Assembly: GCF_023055435.1 (NCBI RefSeq)
Contig: NW_025964372.1
Coordinates: 14,198,001 to 14,262,000 of the forward strand
DNA length: 64,000 bases
Direction: 5' to 3'
Origin: Haliotis rufescens
Taxonomy: Eukaryota
Shown: piece after piece, positions 37,706-50,400 of the stretch
Numbering within the stretch: position 1 is the first letter of the stretch
How the letters are laid out: each line of letters starts with the position of its first letter
Notes under the pieces: generated by a model
Seen by the model: the letters and a program-made list of their open reading frames with translations, nothing else
Told to the model about the DNA's origin: nothing
The model's database searches: none
Position numbers and translations under genes: made by a program

Positions 37706-39412
37706 TGCCTGTAGAAATACATGTGGAATATCTCTCACACTGTGCGAGAGCAGACATCTGGGCAAGCGAAGTAAAGTTCAAGGCGTGTTCGTCAATGAAA
37801 AATTAACACGATAAGAATACATACTTTCAAAGTTTTACTTAATACTTACTAGGAATTCACTTAGTATGTTCGACGCAATTCACCATATATAATGAAATGA
37901 CTGCTTCATGAATGGTAGGCTTGTTTGACAACCCAATTTCGTATTTCTGTTGACGCGCATGTATCATATTTTCACAGTGATATATAGATTGAAAATGATA
38001 ACGGAATCATTTACGTATTTGAATTAATGTGTAATTTTGCTTCAATATTTATAAGATAAGCAAAGCACAGTAGAAACAATTTCGACTTTTCGTCGTGTTC
38101 ATCATAACAACAGTCAATGCTGAAGCCTAGTAAAGTTTGTTCTTGAATGTTTGCATATAAGGTATTGTGGCGTGTATGACCAGTGCACTTATGAAGGGCA
38201 ATGTTCATGGCATTGTGGGACGTTTGAAACAAGTCAAGATGTACAGACATAACTGGAACGGCGTTTGCTTGACATGCAAATTCATAACCTGCACCTTTCG
38301 TCGCTCTATGGTTGAAATAATGCCCAAGCGACGTTAAATTTTAACTCACTCACTCACTTTCCTTTATACCGCAAAACCTCCCACGAGACTTTGACAGGTG
38401 AACTCACCAATATGGTATGGTATATCTTTGGCCCCTAATATTTGTTTTTTTCTAAATAAAGTACAACTTAATCCTTTTCCTCCAGATACCCACACAAGTT
38501 TTAAGCACTTGCTGTTTAATGACATTTCGTCAGCAATAAGTGAAACACATGCCCAGTTCAATACAACTTTGAAACATTAAGTCTCAGCTCTGTAGCTCTG
38601 TAGCTCTGACTCATGGCGATGCACTACAGTCACACGGAGATGTGATCGCAATGCACAGAAGAAACACACAAGACGTTCCCACCCCCTTCAGAATGACACT
38701 ACGAATGCATGACTGTTGCTTGCTTCTTCGATTGTATGCACTGCACAGTATACACGATGTATTTCAACAGAAACAAATTTAAACGTATCTACAGCACGTT
38801 TTCTGCAAACAAGAGCTTGATAAAAGTTTCAACCGGGTATATATGACCAACCGTGGAGATTTGGAGATTAACTTATTAAGAAGTGACCGCAGGATACCTG
38901 GTACCTGCAAAGAATTATTTCCGGTTGAATATAATCAAACACAAGGTGTCCGTGGAGAATACATACAGACAGCATGGTAGCATGACTTATCACCAATGAC
39001 AGCATTAACATTATCAAGTCTAGTGATTTATTGATAGCCCATCGTTTACTCATGCTAACGTCATGCATCTGAACATCCTGTAAGTATAAATAGAAATTTA
39101 AATTATCACGGTTTTAAACCTAATCTAAAGGGGGTTCCATCTAGGTCAAGATATATAGTTTTGGCGACAATGTGGAATTTCAGACTGCCTCTGATATCAG
39201 ACAAGCTGGGTAAGACTTGGAATTACACATGACTCTTCAGATTAACACGCTTTTAAGTTGTTAATTTAAAACAATATTTCTCTGATGAAGGATCATGTCT
39301 AGTACAAATACAAATCTTAATTTCATTCAAGGGACATTTTCATATTTGTTACACTTTTAACAATGGATTATCCCATGTCGTATTCGCGTGTTTCCTTTCA
39401 TTCTACATCACC

Positions 39413-42185
39413 ATGAACTGTCTTGCGACGGCGTGTGTGCTTCTCGGAGTCAAAGAATAACATTTTCGGTAGAAAATTTAAATCTGTAATTGGATAGGTT
39501 AATTGGGTAAGATTCATCAAAATTCTCGCTTTTACATGCATCACTCGATAGGGAATATCAGGATGGAATTAGTTCCCAATAACCTAATATTGGATCGGGT
39601 GGTCAGGTTGGGTGACTTGGCTGATTGTGTGTCATGGTATCCCGACCACGTGTCAACCCAAGACTCGGTGATTTACAGGCCGTACTGATAAAGCTGGAAT
39701 ATTGCTGACTGCGGCGTTAACAACAAACGAAACAAACTAGACTACTTCTGATGTACAATGGATACGAACAATCTTGAAACATTTATTGTGGGCACAAGTT
39801 TTGGAATAATCACATCAATGCATCCATTTCAAAGACTACGTGTTTCACAACAAACGTGACTGACTGACGGCTCAAAACCTTTTCGATAACAACGACCTTG
39901 ATCGGGACTAAGAATTCTCCCCTGCAGACTCCAACTATTGTTCCAAGGCTATGACTCCAACTGCAAGTATACAACACCAAGTCCTTATGGCGTATGACCA
40001 CATTGGGAGATGACCAGTAACATTTCACAGATTTGTTTTTTAAACTGGGCCGTGTTAGAACGTGCTTAAACGTAAGAAAAAGAGAACATTCATTTTCATT
40101 TTGAACTAGAAGAGACACAGGACATGTTGTTTCTATTCGAAGATAGTTTCACAAATTCTTCATTTACCAACATTCGCATTTTCAGTTGACGGGTTGTCTC
40201 CCGTGAGGAGTACACCACGTACACTACTCACCAGATTCCACGCATGCGCTCTAGGACATCTTTGACAGCGACAAGACCGGAGTTCTAACCCAGTATGATT
40301 ATGACAAACTTTAGTTGTGGGATACAAACGGCACTTACTTCCTTTTGAATTGATCATATCATGTCTGGAAAGAAATCATGGATCACATGAGGAGTGATCA
40401 GAAACATTTCTAACACATCGACAGCTCGCGAAGATGAGGCGGCCATTTTAAATGTAGATTTATACCAAATTCGCCTTCAGAGAACGGGTATATTCCATTG
40501 TCGCTTGACAAGCGTACTGCCGTGCGATGTAAGCCAATAAACACTTACTTTTGTATGCAAATAGTGCGAATGGTGGGTGCTAACGATAGGGCAGGACATG
40601 CTTACCCTTTTCGCGAACAGTTGATGTCTTCACTGATTTTCAGTGGTCCATTCATAGCATTTCCACAGCTAGTTTGCCCTTTACGCCTAATGGAATCTGT
40701 TTAAGCGGATAATCAAGACCAGTTATTCTCTTGCATTAATTTTTTATATTTTACACCAGTCATACACAATAATATCTGTAAAGAACCTTTCCCGGTTGAA
40801 TGTGCCCGTACCCAACCACAACGTATTCGTGGGTAATGCATCCAGAAAGCATGGAATCATGCCATCGTAATATGGTATATGATTAAATTATGATTACCGC
40901 CTTTAGAGAGCTCAAAATATACACCATACAGTGTGTCATCCTGTGGCCCAGTGTCTCACATCTCTGTGTTGTTATAATATATAACCTGGACCTATTCACT
41001 ACCTGAGCTTCGTTTCCGAAACGACCACGTCGCGAGCTCAACCTCTCCTATCACCATCACAGCACAGAATTTCTTTCGCCCATGAGCTTGAAATCAACAA
41101 CCAATACAAATTCTTCTTCTCTTAATACGAATTCGGTATAATTCTTCATTCAAATAGCCGCCTTGTCTTCACGAGCCGTCTAGTCGAATACCGACGATGT
41201 AACCGATTCTATCAATCATGACACAACAGTGTTATTTAACTGGACAACACTTACCTTTTATGCAGGTTGTGCGAGGGGCGGGTACTACAGGTAGGGCACT
41301 GCAGGACAGATTGATGACTACCTTCATCGCGAACACCTGGTTACTCCGCTGTATGGCCTTTTACCACCAACGGGATCTGATTCGGTGGATAATCGAGACC
41401 AGTTATTCTCTGTCTTTGACGTTATACGTTTATACTAATAACATAGAAAAATCTGCATTGTTCATGGTCGTTTAATCCAATTAGATTCGCACCTTGTTAC
41501 CAAGTTTACCATACTTACAACCAGGCGACTACTTGGCGAGATGGTCGGGCTCACTGACTCGGTAAAATGCATATCACCATAATATCAATCACTGGTTTGT
41601 CTGGTCGAGACTATAACATTTACATTATTTGCGAATACATCGTTAAACAAAAATACATTTCACTTCTACGTATATCGACGCATCTGACACATAGCTGAAC
41701 TTTGAGGCATGGACTGCCTTCATCATTGCGAGTTTTGCTGTATTATAGTGTATGTTTCAGAAAATAACGTGGTAAGCGAAAAGGAGTTTGTACACTCATG
41801 GACGGTGGTAAGCGTTATGTTTTACAGTAGTAATAGCCATACAAGCAGTGCCTTGGACACGGCTAACAACATTTATTCACAAAGCAACAATACATTTAAT
41901 AGTGTCAGTGATTGGGTTGGTGAGTGGGAGAGTAAGTAAGTGAGTGGGACAGTGAGTGGGTGGGTGGATGAGTGAGTGGGTGGGTGAGTGGGACAGTGCG
42001 TGGGTGGGTGGGTGGGTGGGTGGGTGAGTGAGTTTTTACTTACTGAAACGGCATGACAACTGTGGTTTATCTGTTTGACTTCTTTGTTACAGACGCTGGA
42101 TTCTCTGGACCACCTCCATCACCCTGACGCCACAACACACACACCCCTCCCCAGCTACAAAATACGACGTTCATCTAGACAATAA
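39413..42185 (+). pseudogene. EF-hand paralog C: disrupted exons 1-3, intact exons 4-5
   Basis: Possible exon 1 MNCLATACVLLGV at 39413. Exon 2 about 39835-39962 (TAQNLFDNNDLDRD*...GYDSN; stop, frameshift, GC donor). Exon 3 about 40186-40330 (VVSREEYTTYT...HAL*DIFDSDKTGVLTQYDYDKL*). Intact 41761-41807 (NNVVSEKEFVHSWTV) and 42093-42185 (TLDSLDHLHHP...). Confidence 0.75.
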
Positions 42186-43079
42186 AAAAACCAGCACAAT
42201 ATTATCAATACTGTTCACGCCATATCCAATCATTGGCTTACCAAGGACGAATTTCTAGTCGATGATTGTTGTATGAAGCCAAATAATAAGTACGCACACC
42301 GCACCGGGTCGGGTGGTCAGGCTCGCTGACTTGATTGATGCATGTCATCGTATCCCAATCGCGTGAATCGATGCTCATGACGTCAATCACTGGATTGTCT
42401 GGTCAGACTCGATTATTTACAGACCGGCGTCATATAGCTGGAATATACTTTAAACAACAAACAAACAAACAAACACTTCTAATTTCGTTTGTAAAAGTAG
42501 TACAGAATACACTTTCATTTACACAATCTCCCGGAACGTAAACATTCGTTTCAAGTGGACAGCATGGCCACCTCGTTGTTTAGGTTCCATGTGAGTAATA
42601 TGATTGAATTTCGAACGAGGAGTCTCTGAAGCGGGCAACCCTTCCAGCTGCTCACTTGTGAAGCGTGATAAGCCCGAGTTCATTGGGACGTTAAGATATC
42701 TACAGGTATAGTTTGTACCTGAAATTGACCAGTAGATACATACATGTTTAATTCACAAGTTTATTCCTCAAAGAACGACTATAAATAATAATATAATGAT
42801 ATAATTAGCATAAAAATATGATCAAATAACATATTCATGATTGTTTATATGATTTTTGTTTATTGATTGTTGACCCAATATTCCAGCTTTATGATAAAGC
42901 AGTTCCCTTTTCTTTCTTTCTTGTTAATGTTACGAGCGGAAGAATCGCAGATGATGATTTTATATTGCCCACTTGTAAAAGTCCCCCGACGTGATATTGC
43001 TGGAATATTGTTAAAAGCGGCGTAAGAAAATACTCACTCACTCACAATATCAGCTAAATATGGGAGGAAACTCTGAAAT

Positions 43080-43258
43080 TATGCAGGTCTCAGGCGTTTA
43101 CCACTAGGGTGAAACCCACAAGCATGGGTATAGTGCAGACAAAACTAGAAACATGATAGGGCCGAACTGGGATTCGAACCCTCAACCAAGAGAACGCAAG
43201 AGAACGCAATTCTGCAGAGTGATAGCAGTGCCTTAGACGACCGGGCCGCCCGTGCCCC
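43080..43258 (-). mobile_element. SINE family C copy
   Basis: Minus-strand head GGGGCACGGGCGGCCCGGTCGTCTAAGG and B-box GGTTCGAATCC. Confidence 0.75.
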
Positions 43259-44403
43259 AAGGTAGGAGGACAGAGTAGTAAAAACCAACCTAGACATCGT
43301 GGCATTACCTCTTCGGTACCGATCTAGAATATTTAAGGGGTCAATAGGAGCCAAACAATTAAATTGTTCATATCTCAACAAAAGAAATACGCGACACCCA
43401 GCATGTCCAACGATCAGGATTATGTGCGTTAAACCCGAGGCACACTTATTACTTATATGGACGAATTGCTGAAAATCATTGATGGTGTTCGCGAAAAGGG
43501 AAAGCATGTCCTATTACCGGGAGCATCCGCACTCACACAACCATAATTGCCACCAGTAGTTCTAGATATATATAAAAGAAAATATTCAGGCAATTTTCGC
43601 TTTTTTCAATTTCACAAGTTTTCTTACTGTTTGGAATTTTAGAATCTGACCTAGATCATAATATATGTTTTTTGTAACTCCGACAGTTTTGAAGTATGCT
43701 GAAATCACATCGAACTTTCTGTGATCAAACGTGACTTGAATGGCAGGCGGCGGTAGGTTAATTAGTTGAATGAATTGGGCGTAAACAATTATTTCCATGT
43801 GAACGCGAGTCAGCTTTATATTGGAGGAATGTCCAAACTGACGCATTTCATAGACCAGATGACCATCGAGTTTACGTGGTTAGTTCAATTAACCGGTGAA
43901 GTTTCTTTCATAACTTCACGTCAAACCACTACTGGTGAATCATATTTGCACGAAACACGTTCTGATACAGAAAGGCCAAGGATCAACACCGACATAAATG
44001 TTTTATTTAAGCCACCATCAATGTATGAAAACAACCGGCGTTATTTAGAATGTTTCTTTGCCCGCTCTTAAAGAATAGGTAAACACTGTGTTTACCTGTA
44101 CCTCTCACCAAAGCCTACTTACAGTCAGTAGGTCCATTACTCCGCTCTGATCAATACAAAGAAAAGGATAAAGACATTCTTGAAGTTAACCCCTTTATCC
44201 GTCGGTCCGCTTTTATTTTGGCGTACGCATCGTCGAACTTCTGTCTTAAACAGTGGGACAAACTGACCCAAACCTATACACAAAGACCTACTATGATCCT
44301 GCGGTCAAGCAGAACTCGATGGGCGCGGTGACAACCTAAGCCAGCGACCTCGCGATCACTGAAGGCACATACAGACTTCCGTAACGTCAGAGAGAATCCA
44401 GGA

Positions 44404-47400
44404 ATGGCCAACAGGACATGCGTCAACATGGTGATTCACATGCTGCTAATCATGCAAGGTAAGCTGGTGATTCATTGAAACACTCAAGAGAGAAGGAATA
44501 TTGTATCAAATATTGCTGAAAATCATTTTCAGGTGAACCGTCGTTATTCAGTTAACACTCGAACATCAAGACATTATTTAACCAAGACATTATGTAACCA
44601 AGACATTATGTAACCAAGACATTATTTAACCAAGACATTATGTAACCATCGCGGTAACAAAATATCTTGCAAGTGTAGATTTATCCGTTTGGAACATCAC
44701 ATATGCCCCATGTACCATAATTGTATGATGTGGAGCTTCTTCTTTTCAAAAGCCTTATCTTTGCTATTGGAGTCCACATGTTAAGCGGTTGTATTCAGGA
44801 ACAGATCGCTTGAGGTATACATAGATTGCTCCAAAGACCCTGGTGACAAAGGATCTCCATAGCAATCAGTTATGTTGCATAGTCATCAAAACCCGGAAGG
44901 TTTGTCGGAGTACCATGAGTTGTGCAATCACAATGCTCACCTATTACTCCTCGCCGTTACCGGCCGCTTCCATGGTCTAGATTGTCTAGACGGAGAGCGA
45001 TAGGTGGATGCTTCGATCCCCGGTCGCATCCTACCAAAAGACGTTAAAGATGGTCGAGTCAGTATAGTGTGTCTGACTGGGGTATCAACGGTAAACCATC
45101 TCTCTCTCTCTTTGACTCTCTCACACTCTCTCACTCCTCTCTCTCTCTCACACTCTCTCACTCACTCACTCACTCTCTCTCTGACTCTCTCTCTCTGTGA
45201 CTCTCTCACTCCTCTCTCTCTCTCTCTCTTTCTCTCAAACGCGACGCTAAACCTCATTTAACCTTACCTAAGTTTACCGTTGCCCGTTGGGCCGACGTTC
45301 GGCTTGTCTCGGAACGACTCGGGTGATTACGAACGGCATGATGGCAATCAAATTCACTAAAGCATGATGAGTTGGCTGTTTACCAGCTGTTTCAGTCGTA
45401 AATCCATTAGTGCCCACTCCTTATACAGGTCTACACTCCCTGGTTCTACTGAGGCCAGACGACCGCAAGCATCATTATCACTGTCGTGGAGGCCGGAAAA
45501 CAACACACCTTCTGCACTGCATGTCTTGTCGTAAGATGTCCAATTGGATTGATTGGCCAGGATATTGATCGCGATCCTTGCTCGTGGTGACTTGATCACA
45601 ATGTGAACCACAGATCCAGACTTATTTACAGGCCGTGGTGATAAAACTGAACAAACAACCACAAATATTTTTCTCTTGCGCATTAGGCATATGGATGTTA
45701 TAATGATAAGTAAGGCAAAATGTTCTCAAATCAAATTTATAAGCATGTTGCCTGGCAACATATACTTGATCAGAGAGCTTTATTATCCTGCACCACCATT
45801 GCGGAATATGTGAATTCAACGTAATCAAACCCAGCCTGAATGATAATTAGAAATAAGCAAGCCTAGCGAGCTACACGTGAAATAAGTATCAGACTTTTAC
45901 TGCAAACAATCCCCAGAGAAATGCATCGTTGCAGAAAGGATTTACCAGATTTGTCATATATGGTTGGCGTTTTGCAGACTTAGTTGACCCCCAGTCAAAA
46001 TGCCAGAATAATAATTCGGAAAATATGGGTTTCAATAATGCAAACTGATTAAAGATGGAAACGTAAGTAAAATCCTATGAATATCACTCATCACTCAAAT
46101 GAACACAATAAACAGTGTTTCGTATAATAATCAGTATGGTTACTTGCATGTAAGAAACGTGGTCAAAGATGTTGTTTTCAATCCTAGTAAGGGATCGGTC
46201 ATTTTTTAAAGGATGGATGTGTCAGAGGTTTTTGATGCACTAATGTACTGAAAATAATGACCCTCCCCTAATGTCTGTCATATTTTGGATGACCAGCCCA
46301 ATGTCCAAAAAACAAAAGCACTTTATATTTTATTATAAAATGTCCATTTTTTCATGACCCTTCCCTGATTCCCTCACTTCCCTATAATAGATTTAGGGTC
46401 ACCTCAAATTAAAAATCTTAAATGAAAGAAATTGCTACATTCAGGAAGAAAAGTCTTAACTGAACCAAATACTTTATATTCAATCGTTTTTTGAATTATA
46501 GAATATTGGACAACACGTCCATTGTTTTTCATATTTCCAGCGTGGTTGCTCTGCGAGTGTTCCGTACAGTTCACCAACACCTCCACAAACCTGAGGAGGG
46601 TTCTCCTGACTGACTACGACGCCCAAGTGCGTCCGGCGCTGAAGACCCAAGTCTCGTTACAGATGGTGCTGGTCTCGCTTAACAGTATCGTACGTACAGA
46701 TGCACTACAACATCATATAGGGTCTCCGTAGACAGTATCGTACGTACAGATGCATTACAACATCACATACGGTCTCCGTAGACAGTATCGTACGTACAGA
46801 TGCATTACAACATCACATACGGTTTCCGTAGACAGTATCGTACGTACAGATGCATTACAACATCACATAGAGTCTCAGTGGGCAGTATCGTACGTACAGA
46901 TGCATTACAACATCACATAGGGTCTCCGTAGACAGTATCGTACGTACAGATGCATTACAACATCACATAGGGTCTCCGTAGACAGTATCGTACGTACAGA
47001 TGCATTACAACATCACATAGGGTCTCCGTAGACAGTATCGTACGTACAGATGCATTACAACATCACATAGAGTCTCAGTGGACAGTATCGTACGTACAGA
47101 TGCATTACAACATCACATAGGGTCTCCGTAGACAGTATCGTACGTACAGATGCATTACAACATCACATAGGGTCTCCGTAGACAGTATCGTGCGTACAGA
47201 TGCATTACAACATCACATACGGTCTCCGTAGACAGTATCGTACGTACAGATGCATTACAACATCACATACGGTCTCCGTAGACAGTATCGTACGTACAGA
47301 TGCATTACAACATCACATAGGGTCTCCGTAGACAGTATCGTACGTACAGATGCATTACAACATCACATAGGGTCTCCGTAGACAGTATCGTACGTACAGA

Positions 47401-50400
47401 TGCATTACAACATCACATAGGGTCTCCGTAGACAGTATCGTACGTACAGATGCATTACAACATCACATACGGTCTCCGTAGACAGTATCGTACGTACAGA
47501 TGCATTACAACATCACATACGGTCTCCGTAGACAGTATCGTACGTACAGATGCATTACAACATCACATAGGGTCTCAGTAGACAGTATCGTACGTACAGA
47601 TGCATTACAACATCACATACGGTCTCCGTAGACAGTATCGTACGTACAGATGCATTACAACATCACATACGGTCTCCGTAGACAGTATCGTACGTACAGA
47701 TGCATTACAACATCACATAGAGTCTCAGTAGACAGTATCGTACGTACAGATGCATTACAACATCACATACGGTCTCCGTAGACAGTATCGTACGTACAGA
47801 TGCATTGCAACATCACATAGGGTCTCCGTAGACAGTATCGTACGTACAGATGCATTACAACATCACATACGGTCTCCGTAGACAGTATCGTACGTACAGA
47901 TGCATTGCAACATCACATAGGGTCTCCGTAGACAGTATCGTACGTACAGATGCATTACAACATCACATAGGGTCTCCGTAGACAGTATCGTACGTACAAA
48001 TGCATTACAACATCACATACGGCCTCCGTAGACGCTCGTTGCTTAAATCAAGACTTACTTGCGTGATCATGCTTAGTGTCGTAATTTCAAGCCAGGTGGC
48101 CATATATTATCATCACGTTCTTGTATTCCTACACACTCTCATGAAGGCGGACCCGTGTCAACAGTAGGAAATGGAACTGTATAGTTAAGTGAACAGTGTT
48201 GACTTCAGAGTCCGGTAAAGAAATAGAAGAACATACTGTAAGTTTGGAAGAAATAGTTAGACCCACATGACATGTACTTCACCTTTGACATTTTTGGAGT
48301 TACAAATTAAATTAATTAAAAGGCATTTACCTTCAGATAAAAAGGGTGGTGGAGTGTCTTGTTTCCGTCTTTGCATGCAGTTACCAATTCCATAAACAAT
48401 AATCTCATTTTAAATGTTCATAAACAGACATTACATGCATTCTGTTTACTTCGACCACGCGAGTCAAACATCCATATTTTCTATTGATAATAACTTTTGT
48501 GTGGTTAGGACAAAGGTGATGTATTCTTGATCAAATCTAACTTTTTTTCCAGGACACGGCGACTCAATCCATGTCTGTCAACTGCCTGTGGTTTACGGTG
48601 AGATATTTATGCATCCTATGATATCATTAATGGAACAAATGTTAATAAATTACATCTTGTATTTATGTTGATGTATGACCCTCCTGAAAAATATCTAACT
48701 GGCGCCGTTTGTGTAAATGTTAAACTAGTAACTGAGTATGATTTTACGCCGCTTTTAGCAATATTCCAGCAACATCACGGCGGGGGACACCAGAAATGGG
48801 CTTCACACATTGTACCCATATGGGCAATCGAACCCGATTCTTCGGCGTGACGAGCGAACACTTTAACCACTAGGCTACCCCACGAGCCAAATAGACATAT
48901 CATGACATCATATGAACGCTTTGTTGCAACTAAATGACGTAAAGATCCTCCATTTACACTGCTTTAAGCAAACATATTCTTTCAAATATTATCTTTTGAA
49001 AACAAGTTTTTTCAGGATATTTTGAATGCCCAGCGATCAATATATTATTTTGTTTAAGTGTACATTTCTAGTCTAGAATGGAAGAAACTCAAGACACGTC
49101 CATCATGACTTTGTCACCAAAACAAATTCAAATGCATATTGGTTCTTGTATGAGTTAGAATACCATGACGATTTGTTTGTTTTTGACCAGACCTGGAGGG
49201 ATGAAAGGTTAACCTGGAACTCCAATCAATACAATGGGACAGACTTTTTGGCTTTGCAAAAGACGGAGGTGTGGACGCCACCCCTAGTCGTGTCCAATGA
49301 GTAAGCAACGTTTTTGATAATAACGATAATCATGTTTTACTAAATATTAAAGGTGTAATCAGTCATTCCTTTTACGAAAATAATATGGCTAAATCCTGTT
49401 CTAAACAACACCCACTGTATCAATGTGGTGGAGCGAACCCGGGTGTATAAAGCCAACACTAACTAGCCAACTAGATTAGTTCAATCGTGGATAAAGTGAT
49501 TCAAGTGCGGATGAAAACAAATCACCAAAAGAGTTTGTCATGGTGTTGAAATACGTTTACACTGAATACACGGTAAACTTTAAGTGCTCATAGTTCTAAG
49601 ATTACTTTGTGGAAATGGACACAAGGGAACCTGGTCAGGGACATGTGAGATAAACATGTAACTAATGAAGGGTTTTATGGACACTTGTGCATGCTGGTGA
49701 CTGAATAAAAGTGAGTGAGTGAGTGAGTTGGGTTTAACGCCGCTTTTAACAGTATTACAGTTATATCGCGGCTCGTCAGCTTAATTTGGGAGGAAAGCCC
49801 GAAGTGATGCAGGTCTCAGACGTTTACCACTTCGGTGAAACCACGAGCACGGGTATGGTGCTGACAAACCTAGAAACATAATCGGGGCGAACTTGGATTC
49901 GAACCCCCAATCATAGGTTTCTGGCGTGCCCAAGGGACGCAACTCTGTACAGGGAATCGCGGCGCCTTAGACGACTGGGCCACCCGTGTCCCTAACTGAA
50001 TAAAAGACGTATGCAAACGTGACCATATATCACGGTTTTATGTAGTACGTACATTTACTTATCAGATATATTTGCATGATTTCAACGCAAATGTATTGAA
50101 TGCAGGTACAATATGGCTTTTAATTTTCATATTTTAACTCACTAATTCTTTTGAAGGACAGTTTGGCCATTTAAAGCATAGCATTTAAAACATACTGATC
50201 ATAAATATGTTATCTGTTATATAGTTCTCAGTTTTTTTCAAGTGACTGGTGTGAAATATATATGACATTGACAAGACCACTCCCATAATAGATACTGAAG
50301 GGGTCTATTTCAATGTCTTCAAAGTGAATAATGTCTCCATGCTGAAATTCGGAAAATTTAGCTTTACGGCACTGAGATAAACTAACGGTGACTTTACTTA

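Noticed and set aside
39282-39300. CTGATGA hammerhead-like cores (also 50703, 53269, 60514)
   Set aside because: No matching stems or correctly placed GAAA found by eye.
46682-48033. CRISPR-like appearance of regular arrays (also 7970-9415, 37378-37705, 60201-60316)
   Set aside because: Units are head-to-tail repeats without unique spacers, no cas genes, eukaryotic intronic or intergenic context.
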